Below, piece by piece: positions 16,029 to 23,356 of a stretch of DNA of 32,000 nucleotides. The position numbers and the translations under genes are program-made. The stretch is from contig NZ_QLIR01000014.1 of NCBI RefSeq assembly GCF_003428155.1, positions 16,533 to 48,532 of the forward strand, given 5' to 3'. This DNA is from Fastidiosibacter lacustris (GTDB lineage Bacteria > Pseudomonadota > Gammaproteobacteria > Francisellales > Francisellaceae). The notes below the pieces were generated by a model. It was not told the DNA's origin, did not search any database, and was given only the letters and a program-made list of their open reading frames with translations. Each line of letters begins with the position of its first letter. Position 1 is the stretch's first letter.

Positions 16029-16339
16029 CTTTCATTTAACTGCCTTAATATTTTCTTTTGTTCTGGTGTCAAGTCATCTTGTTTGCCTTTTTGATAAATC
16101 AATAAAAGTCTTATCTGTGAATCAGGTAATACGTAATAGTATATAACTCTAACACCACCTTGTTTACCTTTACCTTTTGCTGACCACCTGACTTTTCTTA
16201 ATCCACCAGTTTGTTGTATCACATCACCAATCAGAGGGTTTTCAGCCAAATAGGACTGAAATTCCGCATATTCATCATCACTAAGTAATGCCTTTACATC
16301 TTCAGTAAAAATATCCGTTTCAATAAAGATCAATTTCAT
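16019..16339 (-). CDS. HigB-2-like RelE/ParE superfamily toxin
   Basis: MKLIFIETDIFTEDVKALLSDDEYAEFQSYLAENPLIGDVIQQTGGLRKVRWSAKGKGKQGGVRVIYYY is the HigB-2 (DUF1044-type) signature. The supplied ORF extends to a GTG at 16357. Confidence 0.8.
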   Translation of the reverse strand: MKLIFIETDIFTEDVKALLSDDEYAEFQSYLAENPLIGDVIQQTGGLRKVRWSAKGKGKQGGVRVIYYYVLPDSQIRLLLIYQKGKQDDLTPEQKKILRQLNERWQ

Positions 16340-16771
16340 ACATCTAGCATTATCCACTTGTTATCGAGTTTATATCACGCTTAAAAGTAAGTCAATGGCG
16401 TATTAAATATTTATCATATAAAATCATTTAATGTGGGTCGAGAAATATTTATAGAGTCAATATAACTTTGATGCTATAGCATCCATAGCTATGCTTTACC
16501 ATGGCACTTTAGATATGTAACAGCTGAAATCCAGCGGTTAGAATATGATCAAAATTTAACTCCTGAAATAAACGAGTTAAAATACTCTCAAGCTTGACTC
16601 CTGAATTTTCAGGAACGCGCGTAATGCCTACCTGTTATCAATTGTAATGACTGTGACTCCAGAGGTATGAGCTGCTTGCTGTCGCGTGACAATGTTTCCT
16701 TTGGCAACTGTCGGCATTTCCCCCTAATTATTATCCCCCGAACCTAAACCCTACAACTCAAAATTGCACAC

Positions 16772-16831
16772 AGAAAGTATTTTTTGCGCGTCATACACCC
16801 GCTTGCTTTCAACCGTTCAAAAGTACCTTTT
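16772..16831 (-). repeat. left copy of 60-nt inverted repeat
   Basis: The reverse complement is 49/60 identical to 20019-20078 (AAAAGGTACTT...AAAGCAAGCGGGTGT...CGCGCAAAAAA.ACTTTCT). Starts at the higA stop codon. Confidence 0.7.
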
Positions 16832-17274
16832 TAATGTATTGATTTACTGTTATTGATGTCATCCCAAGAAATAAAAGCATCAGCACTTAAATTAAAGCGC
16901 TTACTAAGCTTGGTAACTTGCTCTAAGGTTAGCTTGCGGTGACCGTTTAGAAATTTAGAAACATTTCCTTGATTGCCAAAGATATTTATAAGGTCTTTTT
17001 GCTTTAGGTTATATTCTGCCATTAAAAACTTAACCAATTTATTGGGTGTACTTAGTTCTGAAAGCTGTGGCAAGTGCATGTTTTCATAATCAGCAATATG
17101 TTGTTCTATTATCTCTAGAACAGGTAGATATTCGTGCTGAGTGTTATCTCCTATAAAGTCAGCCAACTCTATAGATAAATTTATCAGCTGGCTTAATTCG
17201 GTACTATTTTCTGGAGGTTTAAACCATGGTGCAACTATGCTAAGCGCCTGCTGTGTTTTTTTTGCTTCTAACAT
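16831..17274 (-). CDS. higA: HigA-family antitoxin (E. coli HigA/YgjM-like)
   Basis: 147 aa. The C-terminal HTH LMAEYNLKQKDLINIFGNQGNVSKFLNGHRKLTLEQVTKLSKRFNLSADAFI parallels E. coli HigA. Confidence 0.75.
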   Translation of the reverse strand: MLEAKKTQQALSIVAPWFKPPENSTELSQLINLSIELADFIGDNTQHEYLPVLEIIEQHIADYENMHLPQLSELSTPNKLVKFLMAEYNLKQKDLINIFGNQGNVSKFLNGHRKLTLEQVTKLSKRFNLSADAFISWDDINNSKSIH

Positions 17275-17276
17275 CG

Positions 17277-17468
17277 TTATATGTCTCCATTTACTAATTT
17301 CATCTGGTTTACACGTTTACTATATTCTGTATGAGTCCAAATTGCTCTGGTATATACTTTCTGCCTGTTATAATGAATAGTAGCAATCAGTCTGTAGGCA
17401 TTGCCACCAATATTAAAAACCGTATATCTGCCTACTGAATCAACTGTTTTGTAACTGCTACGGTTGAA
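17277..17468 (-). pseudogene. higB: 5'-truncated HigB-family toxin remnant
   Basis: Minus-strand translation FNRSSYKTVDSVGRYTVFNIGGNAYRLIATIHYNRQKVYTRAIWTHTEYSKRVNQMKLVNGDI* equals the C-terminal two thirds of HigB. An in-frame TAG lies just upstream, and there is no start codon. Confidence 0.7.
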
Positions 17469-17540
17469 AAGATTGCAAGTCTAAACTACAATTTGTTTTG
17501 AGTTAGAAGCTATTTCATATAATTAACGGTAAATAATAAC

Positions 17541-18674
17541 ATGAAGAGTCAAGCACTAGTTAAAACAGATAATATCGTTTGGGCTAGATTACAAGCTGGG
17601 CTAAGTCGCTTTGAATTAGCAAAGAAATTATCTGTTAAAGAAAACAGAATAGAGGATTGGGAAAAAGGTAAAAGTTTTCCAACATTCAAGCAAGCTCAAA
17701 AACTAGCTGATTCTACTCATATTCCTTTTGGTTACTTGTATTTATCTAACCTACCTAATCAGGATATTAATATTCCCGACCTTCGTACAATGGCGGGGAA
17801 AAAGATTCTGGAACCATCAAGAGAGCTGAAAGATGTAGTAGCTAAAGTAGAGTTGAAACAAGAGTGGTATCGAGATTATTTACTGTCAACAGGAGCACAA
17901 GAGTTAAGCTTTGTAGGCTCATTCAGTGCTAAAGATAGTGTTTTAAGTATTGTGCAAGATATGCGGAAACATATAGGTGTTAAATCTTCAAATGCACTAA
18001 GTTGGGACGGTTATGAGCGTCAGCTAACAAAAAATATTGAATCTATAGGTGTTTTGGTCATGCGTAGTGGTGTAGTTGGCAATAATACGCATAGAGTATT
18101 AGATCCCCAAGAGTTTAGAGGGTTTGCAATAAGCGATAAAATAGCACCTGTTATTTTTATTAACGGAGCAGATGCGGCAACTGCCCGGTTATTTACTTTG
18201 ATTCATGAACTTGCACACATATGGATAGGAAGCAGCGGAGTTTCTAATTTAGAGAATGATTCTTCAGAAGAAGAGAAATTTTGTAACTCTGTGGCAGGGG
18301 AATTTTTAGTTCCTCATCAAGATTTTATAGAACGTTGGAAAGCCAGTCCTAATAATGACGAAAAAATAAAAGAACTCGCTCGATATTATCAAGTAAGTGT
18401 AATGGTTATTATGATAAGAGCGTATCATTGTAAACTAATCGATTGGCAACAGTATTCGGAATATCGTGCTTTGGAAAAGCAGAAAGCTAAATCTAAAGTC
18501 AAAAATACCAATGGAGGTGATTTTTACAAAACCTCCAAAATAAAGAATGGTCTTGTGTTTTCAAGTACTGTCATATCTGAAGCTTTAAGTGGAAGAATGT
18601 TACTAAGAGATGCTGGTAAGCTGTTAGATATCAAACCAGAAAGATTTAAACGCTTTGCGATGGAATTAGAATAA
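17541..18674 (+). CDS. XRE-HTH + ImmA/IrrE (M78) zinc-metallopeptidase fusion protein
   Basis: N-terminal HTH LQAGLSRFELAKKLSVKENRIEDWEKGKSFPTFKQAQKLA. HEXXH motif in FTLIHELAHIW with a downstream E(EKFCNSVAGEFLVP), typical of the ImmA/IrrE domain. Confidence 0.8.
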   Translation: MKSQALVKTDNIVWARLQAGLSRFELAKKLSVKENRIEDWEKGKSFPTFKQAQKLADSTHIPFGYLYLSNLPNQDINIPDLRTMAGKKILEPSRELKDVVAKVELKQEWYRDYLLSTGAQELSFVGSFSAKDSVLSIVQDMRKHIGVKSSNALSWDGYERQLTKNIESIGVLVMRSGVVGNNTHRVLDPQEFRGFAISDKIAPVIFINGADAATARLFTLIHELAHIWIGSSGVSNLENDSSEEEKFCNSVAGEFLVPHQDFIERWKASPNNDEKIKELARYYQVSVMVIMIRAYHCKLIDWQQYSEYRALEKQKAKSKVKNTNGGDFYKTSKIKNGLVFSSTVISEALSGRMLLRDAGKLLDIKPERFKRFAMELE

Positions 18675-19174
18675 TGGATTATTTGCTCGACTCAAATACT
18701 TTTATTGAAGCTAAAAACAAGTATTATAGACCAACTATATTTTGTGAATATTGGCGTTGGCTATCCGATTCATACAAAGAGTTTGCGGTTGCAAGCATTG
18801 AGAGTGTTAAGGATGAATTGAAAGAGGGTAATGATTATTTAAGTGAATGGGCGGCAACAAACAATTTTTTCTTTTTGCCAGTAAGTGACATCGAGACACA
18901 GAGTAACTATATTCAAATAATTGATTCTATATACAAATCAGGATATAAGCGAGCGGCATGTGATGATTTTATCGAAGGAGCAGATCCATGGTTAATTGCA
19001 AAAGCAATGACATTAAAAGCTACTGTCGTGACACATGAAAGGCTTAACCTAAACTCAAAGAGAAAAGTTCTTATACCTAATATGTGTAGGGAATTTCAGG
19101 TTAGTTATATAGATACGTACGACCTATTGGAAACCTTGGAAGTAAAATTCTCTGTGGTGAAACGAGACGAATGA
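18674..19174 (+). CDS. DUF4411-family (PIN-like nuclease fold) protein
   Basis: MDYLLDSNTFIEAKNKYYRPTIFCEYWRWL is the characteristic DUF4411 N-terminus. The start overlaps the upstream stop (TAATG). Confidence 0.7.
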   Translation: MDYLLDSNTFIEAKNKYYRPTIFCEYWRWLSDSYKEFAVASIESVKDELKEGNDYLSEWAATNNFFFLPVSDIETQSNYIQIIDSIYKSGYKRAACDDFIEGADPWLIAKAMTLKATVVTHERLNLNSKRKVLIPNMCREFQVSYIDTYDLLETLEVKFSVVKRDE

Positions 19175-19335
19175 CCTTTACCATCTATCACATTTAAGTG
19201 AAGCTGCCCTTTACATCTTGTCAGCGACAAGAACCATTTCAGGCTTACTGTATGACAGATTAGTCGTACCCACAAGGTAAAACTAAACTATTTTTATGTC
19301 TAAGCGCTTACCTAGAGCGCCTAATGCTTGTTCAA

Positions 19336-19683
19336 TCAGCGATAGCGCAAATTAAACAGTCTGTCTAAATTTGATGGCGCAATCCCTATTTTATTGGCAA
19401 TATCTGTCTTCTTAAGATTTGATGCAAGCCATTCGTTATAAAGATAAACTTTGGCAGCAAGTGCAGCAGGTAATGTAACAAAATCTGTGCCAATATTCTG
19501 AGGCACGGGAATTGGCTTTTTGTCTTCAATGTAGAAATCAAAAGCTGAGATAAGTGCATCAACAGCTTGGGTTTGTAAATCAGTTAAGCTATCAACGGTA
19601 GTAGCAGCCTCGGGCACATCAGGGAAGGTGACTAGGTATTCGCCGTTATCGTCTTTTTGAATATTCATGTTGTATTTCATCAC
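19336..19683 (-). CDS. hicB: HicB-family antitoxin, probably frameshifted near the 3' end
   Basis: N-terminal HicB fold (MMKYNMNIQKDDNGEYLVTFPDVPEAATTVDS) plus HTH. The expected C-terminus LSLIEQALGALGKRLDIKIV* is present in another frame, extending to 19283. Confidence 0.65.
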   Translation of the reverse strand: MMKYNMNIQKDDNGEYLVTFPDVPEAATTVDSLTDLQTQAVDALISAFDFYIEDKKPIPVPQNIGTDFVTLPAALAAKVYLYNEWLASNLKKTDIANKIGIAPSNLDRLFNLRYR

Positions 19684-19693
19684 ACACCTCGCT

Positions 19694-19801
19694 TTATTTT
19701 AGATTCAAATCTTTTTTAATCTTCGCCACTAAACCTTTACCAATTTCTTTAGCACCATGGTCAGGGAAAACGGGATTCATTTTTTGAACAGCTATGTATT
19801 C
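19694..19801 (-). pseudogene. hicA: 5'-truncated HicA toxin remnant
   Basis: Minus-strand ...MNPVFPDHGAKEIGKGLVAKIKKDLNLK* equals the HicA C-terminus only (vtvP-H-..gtl..Ikk). The N-terminal dsRBD part is missing, with a TAG upstream. Confidence 0.6.
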
Positions 19802-20004
19802 CTACTCCAAGGGAATATCACGGGCAAGACATTAAAAGCATTCGATTACGCGAGCACATGAGTCAACCAGTTTTTGCCAGATGCCTAAATGTCAGTACAG
19901 AGGTTTTAAAAAAATGGGAGCAGGGAGTGAGAAAGCCTAGCGGTTCAGCATTAAAGCTATTAAATTTGATTGATAAAAATGGCATCAATATTCTACTGGT
20001 CTAG
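19801..20004 (+). pseudogene. 5'-truncated HigA-2-like antitoxin fragment
   Basis: PTPREYHGQDIKSIRLREHMSQPVFARCLNVSTEVLKKWEQGVRKPSGSALKLLNLIDKNG aligns with the C-terminal HTH half of the 15729-16028 product. No N-terminus and no cognate toxin. Confidence 0.6.
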
Positions 20005-20018
20005 TTAATAGGCATCTG

Positions 20019-20078
20019 AAAAGGTACTTCCAGAGGTTTAAAAGCAAGCGGGTGTGATACGCGCAAAAAACACTTTCT
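20019..20078 (+). repeat. right copy of 60-nt inverted repeat
   Basis: 49/60 identical to the reverse complement of 16772-16831. Confidence 0.7.
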
Positions 20079-20353
20079 CGCTACCAGTAAAAATACATTT
20101 CGTTTCGTTTTTGACACATATGTAAATGGAAAAAGTGATAAAAAAACGAAATCAATAGCGAAAAAATCATGAAGTAGGTTAAGCCCCAGACTTGGGGAGT
20201 GGCAGAATCCAGTCTTTCCCTTGTTTGTTTACATATTGGTCACACGCCAATAATGGCGGATGGGGAAAAAACAATGTGTTAGGGTATAACATAGCAATGC
20301 GGTGTATGGTACAAATTTGAACCTTGGTCAATTAAACCAGAGGCACATTGAGC

Positions 20354-20376
20354 TAAGTGTCCCCTGTAATGTCCCC
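20354..20376 (+). repeat. right terminal direct repeat (attR candidate) TAAGTGTCCCCTGTAATGTCCCC
   Basis: Direct copy of 8076-8098. Sits about 30 nt beyond the stop of the convergent gene 20406-21365. Confidence 0.6.
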
Positions 20377-20405
20377 ACAGTAAAAGTTGAATTTTTGAAA
20401 GCCTT

Positions 20406-21365
20406 TTATATTAAGGCTTTTGTTACCTCTTTTTGTGTCTCCCCGTCGCAATTCACCATGCCATCTAGTTTTCCTTGTACTTTAAGTTTAAGTAATGCTT
20501 TCCAGCTGTCATCGCTACAGCTTTTGGGTTGCACTTTCGGTATGCACCATGCAGTCCATGTACCTTCATTTTGTGTTTGTAAACACTGGTTATAACCCTC
20601 AACTTGTAAGTAAGCAGGTGGCAGTACCGTTGCTATTTTCATTTGCACATCCTTTTTAATAGTTGAAGTAAGAACATCTTTTTGTGCTAATGTTACATAG
20701 GCACGCATGTTGACTTTTTTAGAGATTTGTATCCCTTTATTGTCTTCATTATTATCGCTTGATTGTTCAATTGCAGCATTATCTGTTCTCATGGACATCA
20801 CTGCTTTATTTGCAAATGGGCTTTCATCTGCATTGTAGTTTATTGAACGGATAAAATAATGACTATTTGTTTTGTTGTTAAATGTATCGACATATTGCTC
20901 AATGGATTGATACATCTCAAGCATCATATTTTCTTTAGCTTGGTTAAGCTGATCTTGTGTTGGATTAAAGCTTATAACGTCAACTTTAAATCGACTGTTA
21001 CTAGAGTTATTACTCTTTAATTCTTTCTGTAAGGTTTTAATTTGTTGATCAGTTAATCTAGCTTGGATTACAAGCTTAATATTTTGAGCACCACTATCGG
21101 CTTGTGATTCTTTTAGATCAATTACTTTCCAGTCAATTTTTGGTAGGATAGATGTAAGTCTCTGAATCGCTGATTGCTGAATAATTGAACTATCATCTTG
21201 CAATGCGGTAGCGTTAACGGTGATATTAACCAAAGCTGTTGTCGAGCTAACGATCATTTCAGACGTTTTAGTAAAGCTAATACTTGATTCAGGTTGTTCA
21301 TTACCACTTGCATTGGCATTTATGCACATCAATATCGTTGTGCTTAATATCATTGCTTTTTTCAT
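20406..21365 (-). CDS. secreted hypothetical protein with Cys-containing C-terminal domain
   Basis: 319 aa with signal peptide MKKAMILSTTILMCINANA and four Cys in the last 70 aa. No family recognised. Confidence 0.6.
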   Translation of the reverse strand: MKKAMILSTTILMCINANASGNEQPESSISFTKTSEMIVSSTTALVNITVNATALQDDSSIIQQSAIQRLTSILPKIDWKVIDLKESQADSGAQNIKLVIQARLTDQQIKTLQKELKSNNSSNSRFKVDVISFNPTQDQLNQAKENMMLEMYQSIEQYVDTFNNKTNSHYFIRSINYNADESPFANKAVMSMRTDNAAIEQSSDNNEDNKGIQISKKVNMRAYVTLAQKDVLTSTIKKDVQMKIATVLPPAYLQVEGYNQCLQTQNEGTWTAWCIPKVQPKSCSDDSWKALLKLKVQGKLDGMVNCDGETQKEVTKALI

Positions 21366-21508
21366 TTTTTTAACACCTTGATTATATTGATGTGCTTATC
21401 TTAACAAATTTTGATTTTTTGCAACCACCTAAATACAGCATTTTCTTGAAAAATCTACTTCCTTCTATCATACTCACAAAACATAAAGCGCGTTAAAAGG
21501 ATTTTTAG

Positions 21509-21751
21509 ATGTTTATTAAGAAAATTAAATTATTTACTCTTGTTGCAACACTTATCGGCGTAAGTGCTTGCACCCATAATGAATTTAATGTACTTCATGC
21601 CCCTGATGTCAACGCTCAACCTAAAACACCAGGATATTACAATCCTAATGAACATAATTATGCTATGCCACAAAATCAGCAACCTATCATTGAAAACCAA
21701 TTTTATTGGAAAGACAATCATGACAAAACAGCTGTAGCACCTGATGAATAA
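21509..21751 (+). CDS. small lipoprotein
   Basis: 80 aa. The signal peptide has lipobox LIGVSAC. Confidence 0.55.
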   Translation: MFIKKIKLFTLVATLIGVSACTHNEFNVLHAPDVNAQPKTPGYYNPNEHNYAMPQNQQPIIENQFYWKDNHDKTAVAPDE

Positions 21752-21789
21752 GCTATATCAAGTTATTAAAAAGTATAATCATAGACATA

Positions 21790-22079
21790 TGGTCATTCCA
21801 ATAAATACCCATATTCCTTAATGATTTCATCAATGGATGCCTATGATCCATATATTTTTCGTTTCTTCAGTACAACAAATCTTGTTGAATTGGATTAAAA
21901 TTTGGCAAGTAATTTGGTAGAAATAATGCCGTATGACTATTACACTCTAAAGTAGCTTGTATCTCTTTCTTTTTATGAAATGAGGCATTACCCATAATAA
22001 CCATTGAACCCGGTTTAAGCTTTTTTATCAAATTCTCATCTAACCACTGATTAAACGATTGACTATGGGTTTTGAGCAT
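21790..22079 (-). pseudogene. IS630-family transposase C-terminal remnant
   Basis: VIMGNASFHKKKEIQATLECNSHTALFLPNYLPNFNPIQQ corresponds to the DNAxxH...LPPYSPxLNPIE region. The catalytic D and E are replaced (G, Q), and the tail is frameshifted. Confidence 0.6.
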
Positions 22080-22132
22080 TTTAGGATGCTATAATGAAGG
22101 TGAAGGAATCGTACTGGAAAGAGGGATTGTCT

Positions 22133-23356
22133 ATGCAACAAAATAATAAAGTCACACTCACTATATTCTACACTTATGTTGCGCTATTAAGCTCAACTGA
22201 TTTGATGCTGTTAACGGGAATGATTTGGTTTTCGTTAAAAGTGACAGGTAGTCCCATGTTGATTGGTATCTTGTTAAGCGTTTCGGTATTTTTACCATTT
22301 CTTGCTAAGAAATTTATATACCGCCAAAAACGTGATAAAACCCTGAAAAATATGGCCGTACAAAGAATATTAATCTATGCCATTATCATGTTATCGTCAT
22401 TAGTATTTTCACAACATGATCTTTTAAATTTAATGATGTGGGGGATATTGTTAGGTCTGTCTAGTTTTATTACGAATTCAACGCTTGAGAAACATAATAC
22501 GATAATAGCCATGTCAGGAAAACTTAAATATGAAATAGCAGCAAGACTTATGCAAACTATGGTGCAAATAGGAGCGTGTTTAGGAGCATTTTTAGGTGGA
22601 ATTTTAATTTATTATTTGAACATTTTGTCGTTTGCACAAGTGATTAGCATCATTTCACTTTTGGCAACAATAAGTCTGTTGATTCTTTGGAAAGGAGAAC
22701 ATGAGCAGCTTCAAGCCTCAGAACACGAAAATAATGAGTCTAACGCTCTAAGCTCAACGGGACAATTTAGTAAATATACTGTGATGTCTTTAGTTGTGCT
22801 ATCAGTAGGTGTGGGAATGATTGGTTTTCAGATTAGTTCATTTAATATCCTGATGCCTGTTGTATTTCAAAAAGTTTATATTTGGAATGCCGTCTATTTA
22901 GGAATAGCTTCTGCAGTAGCAGGTGTAGGATCCTTTTGTGCATCATTAGTTAGAAATCATAGTAAAATCGTTATTATATTTGCAATTATTTTGGCTGTCT
23001 GTGATTGGATTGCAGGATTGGCAGGCACTTTAGCTATTGTCATGGTTGCATGTTTTTTCATAGGATTTTCAATGAACTATTGCCGCATAGCCTTACGACA
23101 AGAACTGATGAAACTTCCAACAAACTCATCTGAGGCAGAAAAGATTGCTTCTTTTTCGACTGCAACATATATGTGTTTTCAAGGTGTATCACCGATTCTT
23201 GTTGCATTGATACTTTCTGCATTAAATGCCAATGACATCATTGCTTCTTATTTATTTGGTGTGATTGGTATTGTGGTCATGCTTGTAATTATATTATCTG
23301 TTTCATCCAAAACATTACTATTGGAATTGTATAATGAAGGAGCTAAAAATGCGTAA
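22133..23356 (+). CDS. MFS transporter (EntS/MFS_3-like exporter)
   Basis: About 12 TM segments. The ATG at 22133 has SD GAGGGA. The upstream ATG at 22094 sits inside a TATAAT hexamer. Confidence 0.7.
   Translation: MQQNNKVTLTIFYTYVALLSSTDLMLLTGMIWFSLKVTGSPMLIGILLSVSVFLPFLAKKFIYRQKRDKTLKNMAVQRILIYAIIMLSSLVFSQHDLLNLMMWGILLGLSSFITNSTLEKHNTIIAMSGKLKYEIAARLMQTMVQIGACLGAFLGGILIYYLNILSFAQVISIISLLATISLLILWKGEHEQLQASEHENNESNALSSTGQFSKYTVMSLVVLSVGVGMIGFQISSFNILMPVVFQKVYIWNAVYLGIASAVAGVGSFCASLVRNHSKIVIIFAIILAVCDWIAGLAGTLAIVMVACFFIGFSMNYCRIALRQELMKLPTNSSEAEKIASFSTATYMCFQGVSPILVALILSALNANDIIASYLFGVIGIVVMLVIILSVSSKTLLLELYNEGAKNA

Larger units (their letters stand above)
8076..20380 (+). mobile_element. 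P4-family integrative element (satellite/PICI-like island) downstream of tRNA-Leu
   Basis: P4-type tyrosine integrase next to the tRNA cluster, then AlpA, an EGYATA primase, a RepA-like ATPase, an iteron origin and TA cargo. Bounded by 21/23-identical direct repeats at 8076-8098 and 20354-20376. Confidence 0.75.

Noticed and set aside
16772-16831. Integron attC site as the identity of the 60-nt repeat that starts at a stop codon
   Set aside because: I could find no integron integrase and no RYYYAAC/GTTRRRY core pair. The two copies are in opposite orientation, following their genes.
15895-17380. ORFs 15895-16146(+) and 17141-17380(+)
   Set aside because: They are antisense to the HigA-2/HigB-2 and higA/higB-remnant genes.
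8076-20380. Complete prophage
   Set aside because: There are no capsid, tail, terminase or lysis genes. The 12 kb size and the int-alpA-primase backbone fit a satellite or island, not a phage.
19175-20405. Search for a duplicated 3' end of tRNA-Leu (GAGTCTCCCCGTCCGCACCA) as attR
   Set aside because: No such copy is visible by eye. The only terminal duplication is the TGTCCCC-containing 23-mer.
20302-20595. 97-aa plus-strand ORF spanning the right island repeat
   Set aside because: Most of it is antisense to the 3' end of the 20406-21365 gene. Its product is a Cys/Phe-rich nonsense sequence.
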